Part shown: positions 25,625-37,739 of the stretch, in pieces
How the letters are laid out: each line of letters starts with the position of its first letter
Position numbering within the stretch: the first letter of the stretch is position 1
Source: Balanoglossus misakiensis
Taxonomy: Eukaryota > Animalia > Hemichordata
Assembly (NCBI GenBank): GCA_040954595.2
Contig: CM082594.2
Coordinates: forward strand, 9,676,296-9,740,295
Direction of reading: 5' to 3'
DNA length: 64,000 nt
Notes under the pieces: generated by a model
What the model was told of the DNA's origin: nothing
The model's input: only the letters and a program-made list of their open reading frames with translations
The model's database searches: none
Program-made: the position numbers and the translations under genes

Positions 25625-27696
25625 GAGACCAGAATGGCAGTGAATCTGCAGGAGAAGTGAAAGAAAACATAAGTGAGAATCAAGACCAACCAGCAGCCAT
25701 GGAATCGAGCGATCAAGAGAGCAAGGACGTTGAGGGTCGCGAACGCAACATCAAGCGGCCACTGGAGGATGAGCAGAACTCCATGAATCTACGACAGCGT
25801 CCGCGCAAACGGAAGAAGATGCCAGGACCCGTGCTACCAAAGAACGCGCTGATGCAGCTGAACGAAATCCGACCAGGATTGCAGTTTAAGTTTGTGTCGC
25901 AGAGCGGGCCTGTGCACGCGCCCACGTTTGTCATGTCTGTGGAAGTCAACGGGCAGATGTTTGAGGGAATGGGAACAACGAAGAAGAAGGCCAAGCTGCA
26001 AGCTGCCGAGAAGGCGCTGCGATCGTTTGTTCAGTTTCCGAACGCGTCAGAAGCGCACAGAGCCATGGGCAGACAGATTGTTAACTCAGATTTCACTTCG
26101 GACGCCATGGATCTCTCCGACGTGAATTTGTTCAACACATTCGAGACGTCGGAAATGGCGGCCAAAGAAGGCGAAACGATTCCACCTGAACAACCCATGG
26201 AAGAGAAAGCACAGACACAGAACGGAACACATCAGGACAGCCCACCTAACCCGTTCGCGCAAAGCCCAACACCTCGAGCACCACTATCGCCGCCAACCGG
26301 GAAAAATCCCATCATGCTCCTGAATGAACTGCGACCGGGACTGAAGTATGAGTTCGTGTCAGAAACAGGTGAAAGCCACGCAAAGAATTTTGTGATGTCA
26401 GTGACGATAGACGGACAGAGCTTCACAGGCTCAGCCAGGAATAAAAAAATGGCCAAAGCTCGTGCTGCTCAGGCAGCGCTTGCCAAAATCTACAATTTGG
26501 TGCCTGCAGTTGCCCCAGGGCTTCAATCTATTCCAAGCGGCAACTCGTCTCTTCACACACCTCAAGTGCTCGCAGACCAGGTACATAAACTCGTTTTGAC
26601 CAAATTTGGTGAACTGACTGACAATTTTACGTCCCCCTATGCTAGAAGGAAAGTTTTGGCTGGCATTGTGATGACACGAGGTAGCGAGATCAGCGATGCC
26701 AAGGTCATCTGTGTTTCCACGGGCACTAAATGTATCAATGGCGAATACATGTCTGACCAGGGACTTGCATTGAATGATTGCCATGCTGAGATTGTCACCC
26801 GCAGGTCTTTGGTCCGGTATCTTTACACACAACTCGAGTTGTTCCTAACAAACGAAGGTGAGAAGTCGATCTTCACCCAACGTGAAGAGGGATGTGGATA
26901 CAAATTACACGATGACGTGAGATTCCATCTGTACATAAGTACTTCACCGTGCGGAGACGCCCGAATTTTCTCCCCGCACGAGACGGGAGTCGACGGAGAC
27001 GCCACGGATCGCCACCCGAACCGCAAAGCACGTGGACAGCTGCGCACGAAGATCGAGTCAGGCGAGGGCACTATTCCGGTTAAGCCGGACTCGGCGATCC
27101 AGACATGGGACGGAATACTCCAAGGAGAGCGGCTCCTGACGATGTCTTGCAGCGACAAGATTGCGCGATGGAATGTACTTGGAATCCAGGGAGCTCTCCT
27201 GAGTCACTTTGTGGAGCCGGTTTATATCTCCAGCATCATCCTGGGTTCGTTGTACCACGGTGACCATCTATCAAGAGCCGTCTACAACCGCGCCAACGAC
27301 ATCGAAGATTTGCCGCCGTTGTTTCACCTGAACAAGCCTCTCCTAAGCGGTATCAGCAACACAGAAAGTCGACAGCCAGGCAAAGCACCCAACTTCAGTA
27401 TTAACTGGACGGTGTTGGATGAAGGCATGGAGGTCATCAACGCGATGACCGGGAAGGACGACTATGGCCGCCCGTCCAGGATCTCAAAGAATGCCTTCTA
27501 CCGGCACTTCAAGCAGCTCTACGGACGCATATCAATGATCACGGATGATATGCAGAAACCCCAGTTTTATGGCGACGCCAAACTCAAATCACTGACGTAC
27601 CAAAACGCCAAGCAGCAGATGTACAAGACCTTTCAGAAGGCAGGACTCGGGTCTTGGGTTGAAAAGCCCATTGAGCAAGACCAGTTTGACATGTGA
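25625..27696 (+). CDS. ADARB1: ADAR2-type double-stranded RNA-specific adenosine deaminase (ADARB1/ADARB2 co-ortholog); single large coding exon, 5' end uncertain
   Basis: The 679-aa ORF has an NLS-like segment (KRPLE..RKRKK), dsRBD1 ([15 protein letters not shown]) and dsRBD2 ([15 protein letters not shown]). Deaminase motifs are [19 protein letters not shown] and SCSDK, and the C-terminus is [11 protein letters not shown]. There is no Z-domain. The acceptor ttgttacctag|GA at 25624/25625 is phase 1 and reads [14 protein letters not shown], resembling vertebrate TDVKEN. An in-exon Kozak ATG (gccATGg) is at 25699 and the stop TGA is at 27694-27696. Confidence 0.96.
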
Positions 27697-30600
27697 GCCA
27701 ACATGACACACTTCTCCCCAGACAAATTAAAAGTAAAACAAATCAGGTGTTAGAGAAAAAAAGACAGTGCAGGTTTTTCTCAGTTTTTGAAATAATTGTG
27801 CTACAAAATGGAGAAAGAGTTAAGAATTCTTCACATATATGAGGTTTTAAGAATTCATATCCAGATATCTACTACAAAAGTTTGTTTTATTTTGTTTGCA
27901 AAAAGGGAATCATAAAATCCTTCAACATGACTGTCATATGTATATGAAAAGTTTGAAAATGTTATCCAAATTTTTAGTTTTGGCTGGCTAAATAATATAA
28001 ACAGCCATGCCACAGCTTGCTTACATGAGAAGTACAAAAAAACATTCATTGATTTATGTTTCAAAAACATTCCCATAATTAATAAAATCATTTGACTGGC
28101 ACCATGATAAACTTCATTTCCCCCGCCAGAGCCTGTATTCATTAAGGTGACTAAATGACATTTCTCAATTTCGGAAGTCGTACTTGTAAGTCAGGTCAAA
28201 CATCACGTTCATAATGTCAACCAGAAGACAGACTGCAAGCCCGGCCCCTGAAACTGAATGAATATGTGTATATAACATTAGCTTTATAGGTCAAGTATTT
28301 TGATATTATTATTGGGGTAACCATAGGAACGAAAAACGAAAGGTCTAGGGAAAATAGTTGACACACAACTAAGATATCTTGGGCTCGTTTTTGATGAGCC
28401 TGCATTCTTTTAAAAGCAAGGTGCCAGATTTTATGATTACCGTAAGAAGCAGTTTGCCCATACTGATATTGGTGTGAAAGTTTATCATGATATCCATGTT
28501 ACCGGAAGAATTATCTTCTGTTTTGCATTTGTACCCATCATTTGGAGTTTAGTGTGAGGGAAAAATTGGTATTCTGAAAGTTGTTGTTTTGATTTTGTTT
28601 TGTTTTGTTCAGTTCTGTTTTGTAATGTTTTGTTTTGTTTTGTTTTCAGTTACCAGTAATCTTGAAAAACTTAATTTGAGATCAGTATCATGTTTGGAAG
28701 CCAGTACTTTGCCAGGGATTATCTTCCAACGAACAGTACTGATACTGACGCAAATATTTTGAAGTCAATTCTGCATTGATGGGAAACTTTATTGATAGAC
28801 ATTTTTTACTGTTGCAAGGAGGTTACCTCAACACGGGCATACTTTGAAGACAGGAAATGACCAGTTCTGTAGTTTAATTTAAGTTTTAGTAAATGTATCA
28901 TATGTTTGTTTGTTGAAGTGAACTTTGCACTTTCCTCGGTTGTTTTTGTTTGTTTCCAAAGGTATGAGGATGAAATGTTATGATATTAGACATCAAACAT
29001 AACTTGCCACAGAAATTGTTTTCAGTGAAAACATATCAAAAATACAGTTCTGTCATGAAAGTTACAGGTTTTCAGATGTGAAGTTGAAAGAGCAAAATTT
29101 GAGCAGTGCGACACTTACGTGATGTCAGTATGTTGGTTGGCAGATTACGGGAGACATTGTGTCTAGCTTATATGTAATCCCTTGGTGTCATGGCGACACA
29201 AAGTGACACAAAAGCATGAAAGAGTCTAAATCATACAAAAATATCTGATTCAAAATGAATAATCCTTTAAAGGAACTTTCTTTGACTATTGCTGTCCATT
29301 TTACAGTTTAGATTAATAACCTGTGTAGTGTTACGAAGCATGATTTAATTCATAAGTTGTCGTTTTTTTGTTTCACAGAAAGATCATTAGTTTAGTCACA
29401 GTGTTTTTGTTTTTCAAGTGAGAGTGATTTGCACCAATGCAAATTATATGCGCAATAGTGAGCCAGATCACAGTGGATATGCGAACAGTGCTTTAAATGG
29501 AATTCTTTGGAAATGCACTCTGGTGTATTTTTTTAAAAATTATAACTTTCTTGAAGATTTTTCATGTTATTCAGTTCACATATCCTTTATAGATTATTTG
29601 TTTATGAAGTGAGTCAGTCTTGGCAAATTTACCAGTGAGATTTTTATTTTCATTCGAACGGATCAAAGGGACGGCAGCCATCTTGAATCGTCAAATGTTC
29701 CAAACATAACATGTAAACCTCCGATATGTTTACCACTGTTTTAAGATGCCATATTAGAAATGTTTTAAGCATGTTTTTTTTAATTTGTGTTTATTTCATA
29801 ATGTATGATGTTTGTTTTAAGTTGTATTCTGTGTTAGCTGAACTTTTACATTTCAACAAAGAGCACATTTCTGGACTGTAGATGCTTGTGGCGTATAATA
29901 CATTTTTTTGTCTGGATGACATTCTTGTGATTTTAAAATGTTCTGTGCTTGTACACTCCTCCACACAAGGACAAATGCATCAGTCTGTGCTTATAATCGA
30001 GATAAAAAATGTGACAAACCTCAAGTGCAAAACAACATAACTAGAGTAAACCAAATGAGGGTATTTCTGAGAAAGCTGGGGTTACTGGTAAACAACTGAC
30101 TGTAGACATTGCAAGGTTGATCTCCACAAATTGTGTTTGTCCTTGTCGTGGATTTTTCTTCTGTTATGTAAATAGATTGTACCATTTTTGTTTTTGATTG
30201 TTATTTCATATAAATGCAATTTTGTTGTGAACATGTATCTGTACTAAAAAGAAACTTGCTCAAAAAACAATTTACGTAAATCTTGTTGAATTACAACTAG
30301 TGACATCAGAGTTAGACTATTGCATGCTGGGAAAAGTTAGATTGTTGGTCACTTCAAGTCTCCAGTGAGTCCACCTTATGAGAATTCACATCGGTTTATC
30401 AGCATTATTGATATAAAGCTGTCACAACGAAGCACAGCATCACAAAAATTTATCTTTACTGTATTTTTGATAAAGCAATCTTAATAACATAAAAAACAGA
30501 CATATTTGCACCACGTATGCGCAAGAGTTCATATTTTTACATAAAAAAGGAGCAATCGGGAAATGACAGTATATCTAGAAAAAGTTCTGCCTGGTATGCT

Positions 30601-30970
30601 GTTTCATTCTTGAGGTTTGGTGCCACAATATGTGAAAAAAACAAAGGTGATTTTAAGTAGTTTAGATAATAATTGAACAAGATATTTTGCTTGAAATGAT
30701 AGGATGATGTAGACTTTTATGGAGACTGTATTTCCTCATGATTTGTCCGGTTTCCACCGAAATATGACAATATTAGCATAATTCTGTATATTTTGCTTAT
30801 TGGAGGAAAAAAATGACAAAATGTAGCTGTCGGTTCAAGAAATGTAAGTAGTGTATTTCTGCAAACTTTTCTGTATTTATTTTAGTGGGGTTAGTCTAGG
30901 TCATGTGGTACACCATAGTGTAGTCTGCTTGTATTTTCCATGTTCATTAAAATTTGGTGACAATTTGTAA
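27697..30970 (+). other. Probable long ADAR 3' UTR
   Basis: U-rich non-coding sequence follows the stop. AATAAA is at 28081. ATTAAA at 30946-30951 is followed by a GT-rich tract (gtggtgcttgtttgtgtatgtg). The end point is inferred. Confidence 0.45.
28585..28647. repeat. (GTTTT)n tract in ADAR 3' UTR
   Basis: Repeated ttttg/gtttt units. Confidence 0.7.
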
Positions 30971-32326
30971 ACATGTATGAGTGGTGCTTGTTTGTGTATG
31001 TGCGTTTGACTGAAGTAAGTCACTTGCAACGTATAGAGATCGTGAATATTTTAAACAAGACTCTGGAACTTATTTCTGAAATCACAACATGCTGACCATT
31101 TAGGAAATATGCTTTTACAATGCCACATCTGTGAGCTTTTTCAAAATTCAATAGGATTATAACCACATCAGGTATCTTGGACAAAGTGAATCTTTATTAC
31201 ATCCCATTGTCCCCAGACAAAACATTCTGAAAGACCTTTCCATGCAAATCAAAATGGGGGAATAGTAGGAATTGATAATCTGTTCGGAATCTGTTACTGC
31301 GTGAAAATATTGTCAGGGATAATAATTTCAAAAGTATTGCTCTTGTGAATGGAATGAAAAATTAAGTTGAACTAAAATAATGGGAACAATTTTGCAATTA
31401 AAGGTAGGGTATGACGTCGATGCAAAATTTTGAGGTGGTCTCCATGTCAACCAGTACTTCATAAAAAAAACGTGTAGCACATCACATATTTGGTGACCGA
31501 TTTCGCTGACAGAGGGCGCTCTTCTGATACTGGCCCACGATGGTGTATGATACGGAAAAAAACTTAGATTTTCAAATAGTTTAGTAGCACCTAGAAAAAA
31601 ATATCACCGATAAAATAAATTTCACAAATCAGAGTAATAATGTCATCATTTAATTTCAGTCGGACAATTTCTTAGCATGTGCTTAGAGCCACAATTTGTG
31701 GTCAGCGCCCCCAACGTACATTGAAAGTAATACTTTGTGAAGCACATGGCGGAAAGATGACGAGAGGTACGTTCAGATTTTTGAACAACGAAGAACACGT
31801 TATAATCACATCATTGAAGCTCTGGACTTTGCATATAATGTTTATGTTGGCCTCAGAATTGTCTTGTTACCACCATTCTGTTCATTCTAACTTTAATTCC
31901 AGGCCTTTTATGTAAATATCATCTGTCAACCAGTGCTATACAGTAATCCATGTCGCCATTTTGTACGTTACAGCCTCGATCGAGTCACTTTGAACCACCA
32001 GACACCGGGGATATTCCAATGTGAGTACCAACATATCGTCACCGGAATTAATTTTAAAGTTAAGAAGGTATTTTGCAGTAGTTTAAAATAAGAACTATAT
32101 TTTTGGTTGGGTGGAAGTTAGGATATGAATATTATTATACCCTCCCTCCCCTACCCAGTCTGTTCTCGGCCAGTTGAGGGGTCAAAACGTGTAAAATTGC
32201 ACTTTGGGTAAAAAAGTAGACAAATCATGGTGGCAGATTCTTTTGAAGGCATTCACTTAACAACACTAACCCACACATAAAAACACGCAGTCAGAAAGTC
32301 TATATTTCACTCAGTAGCCATCAAGT

Positions 32327-32332
32327 TTTATT
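32327..32332 (-). other. Probable WDR37 polyadenylation signal (AATAAA)
   Basis: tttatt on the plus strand, ~1.75 kb past the stop. It is followed on the minus strand by a GT-rich downstream element (plus strand: caacactaacccacacataaaaacac). Confidence 0.45.
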
Positions 32333-32782
32333 CAGCATATATAGAAGAAAACAAAACATTTGACAGTAATCTTCAAAAACCCTGAGAAAACAAATATTAA
32401 AGCTAACAAGTATGTAAATAAATGTACATCGGTGATCATAGAAATCTGGAAACATGCAGAGTCAGCCATCACAAATGTTACAGACATGTCTAATTTTAAA
32501 GTATGAGAACAAATTTAAATGTCAGTGCAAGCTTTAAACACAGATACATATTTTTGTAAGAATACCAGAAAATGCCACTGTACTGTTGTATTTCTGACTT
32601 CCAATGGATTCAAGTAGATATAAGTGAACTGTTGAGATGGGATCACAACATACTAAATTTTCTGATTCATATCTGTCAAGATTTATTTTTCTAGATAAAA
32701 AGAGTTGTTACTGACCCTTTGCTCAAAGTACTGAAATTGTCACTCACACTTGATATAATGATTGTTTCAAGAGGATCATTAA

Positions 32783-32867
32783 CCCTTTCACCCCCAGTTC
32801 TCTCTATAGAGGTCCAAATTTACCATAGAAAACAATGGTTTTGGACTGAACCATGGCAGTGAAGGGG
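32783..32867. mobile_element. 85-bp piggyBac-like MITE in the presumed WDR37 3' UTR
   Basis: TTAA at 32779-32782 and 32868-32871. Termini are CCCTTTCAC...GTGAAGGGG (CCC..GGG). There is an internal inverted repeat gtccaaa..tttggac, and a related copy lies at ~35211. Confidence 0.75.
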
Positions 32868-34087
32868 TTAATACTTTACACACAAACCCTTATAACAGTA
32901 GCTTTAATCCAAAACTGTTAACTGCCTTTAGACACACAACTTAAAAAAACTCCTAAACTCACTATAAATATACATAAACTTTCTCATGTACTTATTAGTA
33001 TACAACATGCATGCTTTCTGGATTTCGTTTGCTACATATTCAGCCTTATGGTTATATGTTATGATAAAAAGTAAATAAAAAAAAATATTTACAAATGTAT
33101 ACTTATGAAATAAATTATCACTTTCTATGACAATTAATGTAAGTAAGATTCAAACAATGTTTATCAAAACAAAAACAGACCACAATCTTATACAACAAAA
33201 AAGTGTCTATATGCTGAAGCCTCTTTCAAGTTGATCTGTCTCTGTTTCAACTTATCAAAATTCTAAATTTCTTCAAAGCATAACGAATTAATTCCCAACC
33301 TCCTCCTAGCAAAGAATGGTACAGTCCTATTGCACGAGAATATGGTGGGCTAGTTCAATGAGGAATTAGGGGTGTGTACAAAACATTGATAATGTATCTA
33401 AAGAAAAGAGTTTGTGTTGGAAAACAGCCTCATGTATGTTTGTGCTTGTCAATTCAATATTATACATGTAGTACCTTTTCAAAACTAATGCCAGACTCTT
33501 TTGACAAAGGAGTTCAATATTTGAAGTCAAAATGCCATATTAAGATACAAGCCACATAAAGTTCCCTTATCAGCTGCATAGATTGCACGTTATATAAATT
33601 CACATAGGTAGCCTACTGTGTCGATACGAGTGATTTAACATGGCTTTAGGTCAAAGATCAAGGTCATTATACTTATCTATATGTATAGGTGACTTAAGGT
33701 CAGAGATTCTAACCTTGACATCATGTGACCCAGGTAACTAGGTTTTTATGAAGACTTGGTTTGTCCTGAATTAAATGTTATAATATTCCTTCAAGGTAGA
33801 AGGAATATCCTCTAAACCAAGATTACCCTTTGACCTGGTAGATGTTTTGAAAGCCCAAGCAAATGTGATGAATATTTGGGTATATAACCCCTGCTACAGT
33901 AAGCATGGGTCAAAAGTCGAAGGTTACTGCAATGACCAATGAAAATACAAGGTGAATACTTTGTAGCCTTGCAACCAATGAGGAATGGTATCATCTTTAG
34001 ACCCAGGGGCATTCTTCGTTTATCGTATTGTACCGCCAGTACCGTACTACCATCCTCAAAAGCCAACTCTCTGGGAATTTTTTCCCG

Positions 34088-37000
34088 CTACTTCTCGGTG
34101 GTTTGGTTAGCCAGACCACTGATATGCCACCCAAGGACCTGCCTGTCGAAGCCACAGCTGAAGAGATTACAAGTACTGCCGTCATCCACCCAAGCCGTGC
34201 TGCAAACCATGCGACGATGACCCTGAAAATAGAGAGACATCACCGTGAATGGATGCATAGGCAACATATGTCAGAAACACTATGACTACAGCAGAAAAAC
34301 TCCTTAAGTTTATGGAGATTGTTTTTTTAAAATCTCACCTGTCTACTACTCCTAGGGAGTCTGGCGAGTCGAACACCATTCAAATCAAACAGTCGTATTT
34401 GTCTGTTGTCATGCGGTATGGCCATCACATTGTACTGTGGTGATACTGACAACCTGTGAATATAAATGAATAACAATGAAATGACTTAACCCTTCACACA
34501 TAGATGGATGAAAGGCTGTATGAACAGTGCCAGTACACATCCATAAACTATCTTATGCCCTCCCCTGAGGGTTTAAATTCATTCATAAATATTTTACCTG
34601 TTGACAGCTGAATCCACTCTGATGGTCGTGATAGGCGTTCTCATATTCTTCAAATCCCACACTTTGACAGTCCTGTCATCAGACCCACTCACCACGTTGT
34701 CACTAGATGCAAAACTTGCTGACGTTACAGCCCTACAGCAGTATCAAACGAAAATGAACTTCTTATTAATAATAAAAAAATAAAGAAATGTACAGCCTGA
34801 AAGCTACATGGAACACAACAACTGTCATAATTTCATCATCAATCATTCTCTGTGTGAGGATTATATTCTGAGATAATGTCTGCATAATATTATATGTCAG
34901 ATTATTTTTAAATATGAAATGTGACGGGTTATTTTAAATCGTTCATCATTGTCTAATAATGGATTCACGTACTCTGTGTGTCCTTGAAAGACATTCACCG
35001 AATGAATATTAGGATCTCTGAAATCCCAGAGTCTGAAAGTTGTGTCAGTGGACGAGGTCACGACCAGTTTCTGCATAGGATGTGTACAGCAGTGAGTCAG
35101 TTCTTGGTCATGTCCTGTACACAGAAATGACAATTAGTCAGTTTATAAAAAAATGTACTTTCTTTCCAGGACTATATGAACCCTGACATTAACATGTCTA
35201 ATGCAATCATTAGAGGTCCAATTTTACCATAGAAAACAATGGATTTGGACCAAACCATTGTGCTGAACAGGTCACAAACCACCAGGAGCATACCTGTAAG
35301 AGTATGAATAAGTTCACAGGTTTCCACATCGTACAGATTAGCTGTTCTATCCCATGATGCTGTCACTATTTGCCGTCCATCTGTCATCCAGTCAGCTGAT
35401 ATGATGACCCCTGTGTGACCTTCCAACACACACTGGGGCGTCCTGATCATTGTCATGTTGTCATTGTCCACTGAAACAAATAATAACAATTAGAGGTAAC
35501 CCACTGAGCTAGTATCAACCAATGACAAACCCCAGGGGTCACACATCACCACTGATAAAGACCTAGCCTCCTGTTACTGAGGTAACTGTACTTACCTGCT
35601 GTGTCTACATCCTCTTTTTCAGAACCATCTAAATCGTCATCACCAGAAGATGGTCTAGATCTCAGCTGAAAGACCAAAAATAAATCAGATTTACACGCAC
35701 AGTACAAAGACTGAAAGGTATCAAAGTTGCAAGGTAATTAACTGTCCAATTAATTAAGATGAGTGTAACTCCGTTATCGTATCATCATTAAAGTATCGAA
35801 ATGCAACATAGACAGGTACCAGTACATACATGATCCTCTGCCAACTGAGGAAGGTTAACAAATGACCTCCACACATGAGCTTCATGATCTCCTGAGGCTG
35901 AAATAATAAAATACGAATACTAAGTTGAAAATCTGAAATAACAACAAACAAAAGCTGTACTGTATTATACAGAATTCTAACAACTGACATTGCCAGTCGG
36001 TGTCCAGAAAATGATGCAATAATTCTCACACAAAACGTCAAAATAAACAAGCCTATATTATTACCTGTGACAGCCAGGGGTTCATTTGGATGAAATCTGA
36101 TGGAATTGACCGAACCAGAATGCCCAAGGTATTGAAGAACACATGCACCAGTTTCAATGTGCCATAATCTAGCTGTTCTGTCTGTTGGCAACAAACGCAA
36201 GAACCCACAGTCAATATTGCCAAAGCATGGGCTATATCAAATCATCTGGTCATAACTCAGCATAATTTGTGTTTCCCCAGACAGGTGTAGTGCACTTACC
36301 CGCAGAAGCAGTTCCAATGATTGGTTGGCCGAACCTTGCCCCACAAACTTCCCAGACTCCATCTCGGTGACCACGGAATGGACGCACAATCTGGCACATG
36401 GAACTGGACGCACTTGTGCCGGTCTTGAAACTGGAGACGATCTGAGGAAAACGGCCAGAAGGTTGGTGGTCAGACAACACAGATTAGCAAGACTAGATTA
36501 GCAAGACTCAAGACTAGAGTGGAATACATGGCTACACTCACTTTACTGGTTGAAGCTTTGTATGTAGTCTTCAATTTCTGTGACAACTGGCTGGTACCTA
36601 GGCAAAACAAAAACAAAAGGTTAGTTCATTTACCTTGTAAATTTTCATAATCTTTATGTCAGTAACTGCAATGCGTTCTGAATAAATCTACAAACCACCT
36701 ACACTCTTATTTTGGCTGGTGGTTTGAACAAAAAAATCATTGACACTGCTAACAATGGGAAATAACAATACCTTTGTTTTCTTTGACTTTCACTGATAAT
36801 TTACCGGAACCATCCACTGAATCCATACCATCAGCACCCCTCTCATTTTGATAAATCTCCAGTTTTTCTGTTAATGTCTCAACTTTATCCTGCACTGCAA
36901 ATTTAATGAGAAATTATATTACTCATATGCAAATGAAATCAGTCAAGGCATGCATTGTCTGCAAAACAGGTCTGACAATGTTGTAACATTTTTTGTGGGA

Positions 37001-37362
37001 AAAGCAACAGCTGAGAAAATTAAACCTGTTCAGTAAAAGAAAACAAGGCACCATTTTGCATTATTCTCTTTTCATGAAAGGGCATCTAATGAGGCATGCT
37101 GAGTAATTAGCCACGATACGCTAATTAGACAATTTAGTTACTTACACACTGCATTCTCTGTACACACACACTCAAACTCTCTTTCAATTTGCGCAAACAA
37201 TTCCCAGAGTCTTGATCTGAGGGCTGGTGGCAAAGCGCTGTCAACGCCTTCTGATAGCCTCTTGAAGTCAGAATCACCGTCTTGAGAACTGTGAGTCCGT
37301 CGAATGCTTAGCCTCTGTTTGTTGCTTTTCTTCGGTCTGAGTTGAACACCATCAGTTGGCAT
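34088..37362 (-). CDS. WDR37: WD repeat-containing protein 37, 12 coding exons, ~498 aa
   Basis: Exons on the minus strand, all GT-AG with consistent phases: 37362-37146, 36894-36772, 36597-36542, 36441-36300, 36181-36065, 35897-35830, 35665-35596, 35470-35294, 35114-34973, 34732-34598, 34453-34339, 34222-34088 (1497 nt). Diagnostic peptides: [71 protein letters not shown]. Confidence 0.95.
35211..35270. repeat. Partial second copy of the 32783 MITE in a WDR37 intron
   Basis: tagaggtccaattttaccatagaaaacaatggatttggaccaaaccat is nearly identical to 32807-32854. Confidence 0.75.
36481..36508. repeat. 14-bp perfect tandem duplication in a WDR37 intron
   Basis: agattagcaagact x2, followed by a partial caagactag. 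Confidence 0.8.
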
Positions 37363-37739
37363 TTTCTCCGGTAAATTCTATAAACAATTGATTATATTTA
37401 TTCATTCATTACAATTATGCTGAATATTCTGATACTTTATGCAACACTTTTATGAGACTGGCGAGGCCTGGTTTTGAGAGATGGGGGAACACTTGCATTT
37501 GACAGGAAAGGAGTGTTGTAACTTGCGATCGATCAGTCAATCAATCAATCAGTCTACATGTAAACAAATCGCAAATGTGCCCCGTTGCTATATTGTGACC
37601 TTTCTTGCTGTACTAGCAACTGGCCATGCATTTGTGCAGTAAAATGTCAGCTGAAATGTACATCTAAATCATACTATGCATCCATCACACGTTTCATCAT
37701 TGCACAGGAAATCTACACAGTGCTCAACTTCTGTAAGTT

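Noticed and set aside
25713-27267. Antisense and alternate-frame ORFs within ADAR
   Set aside because: They are shadows of a GC-richer coding exon.
33645-33735. Cluster of AGGTCA-like half-sites in the WDR37 3' region
   Set aside because: The matches are degenerate and cannot be distinguished from a decayed repeat.
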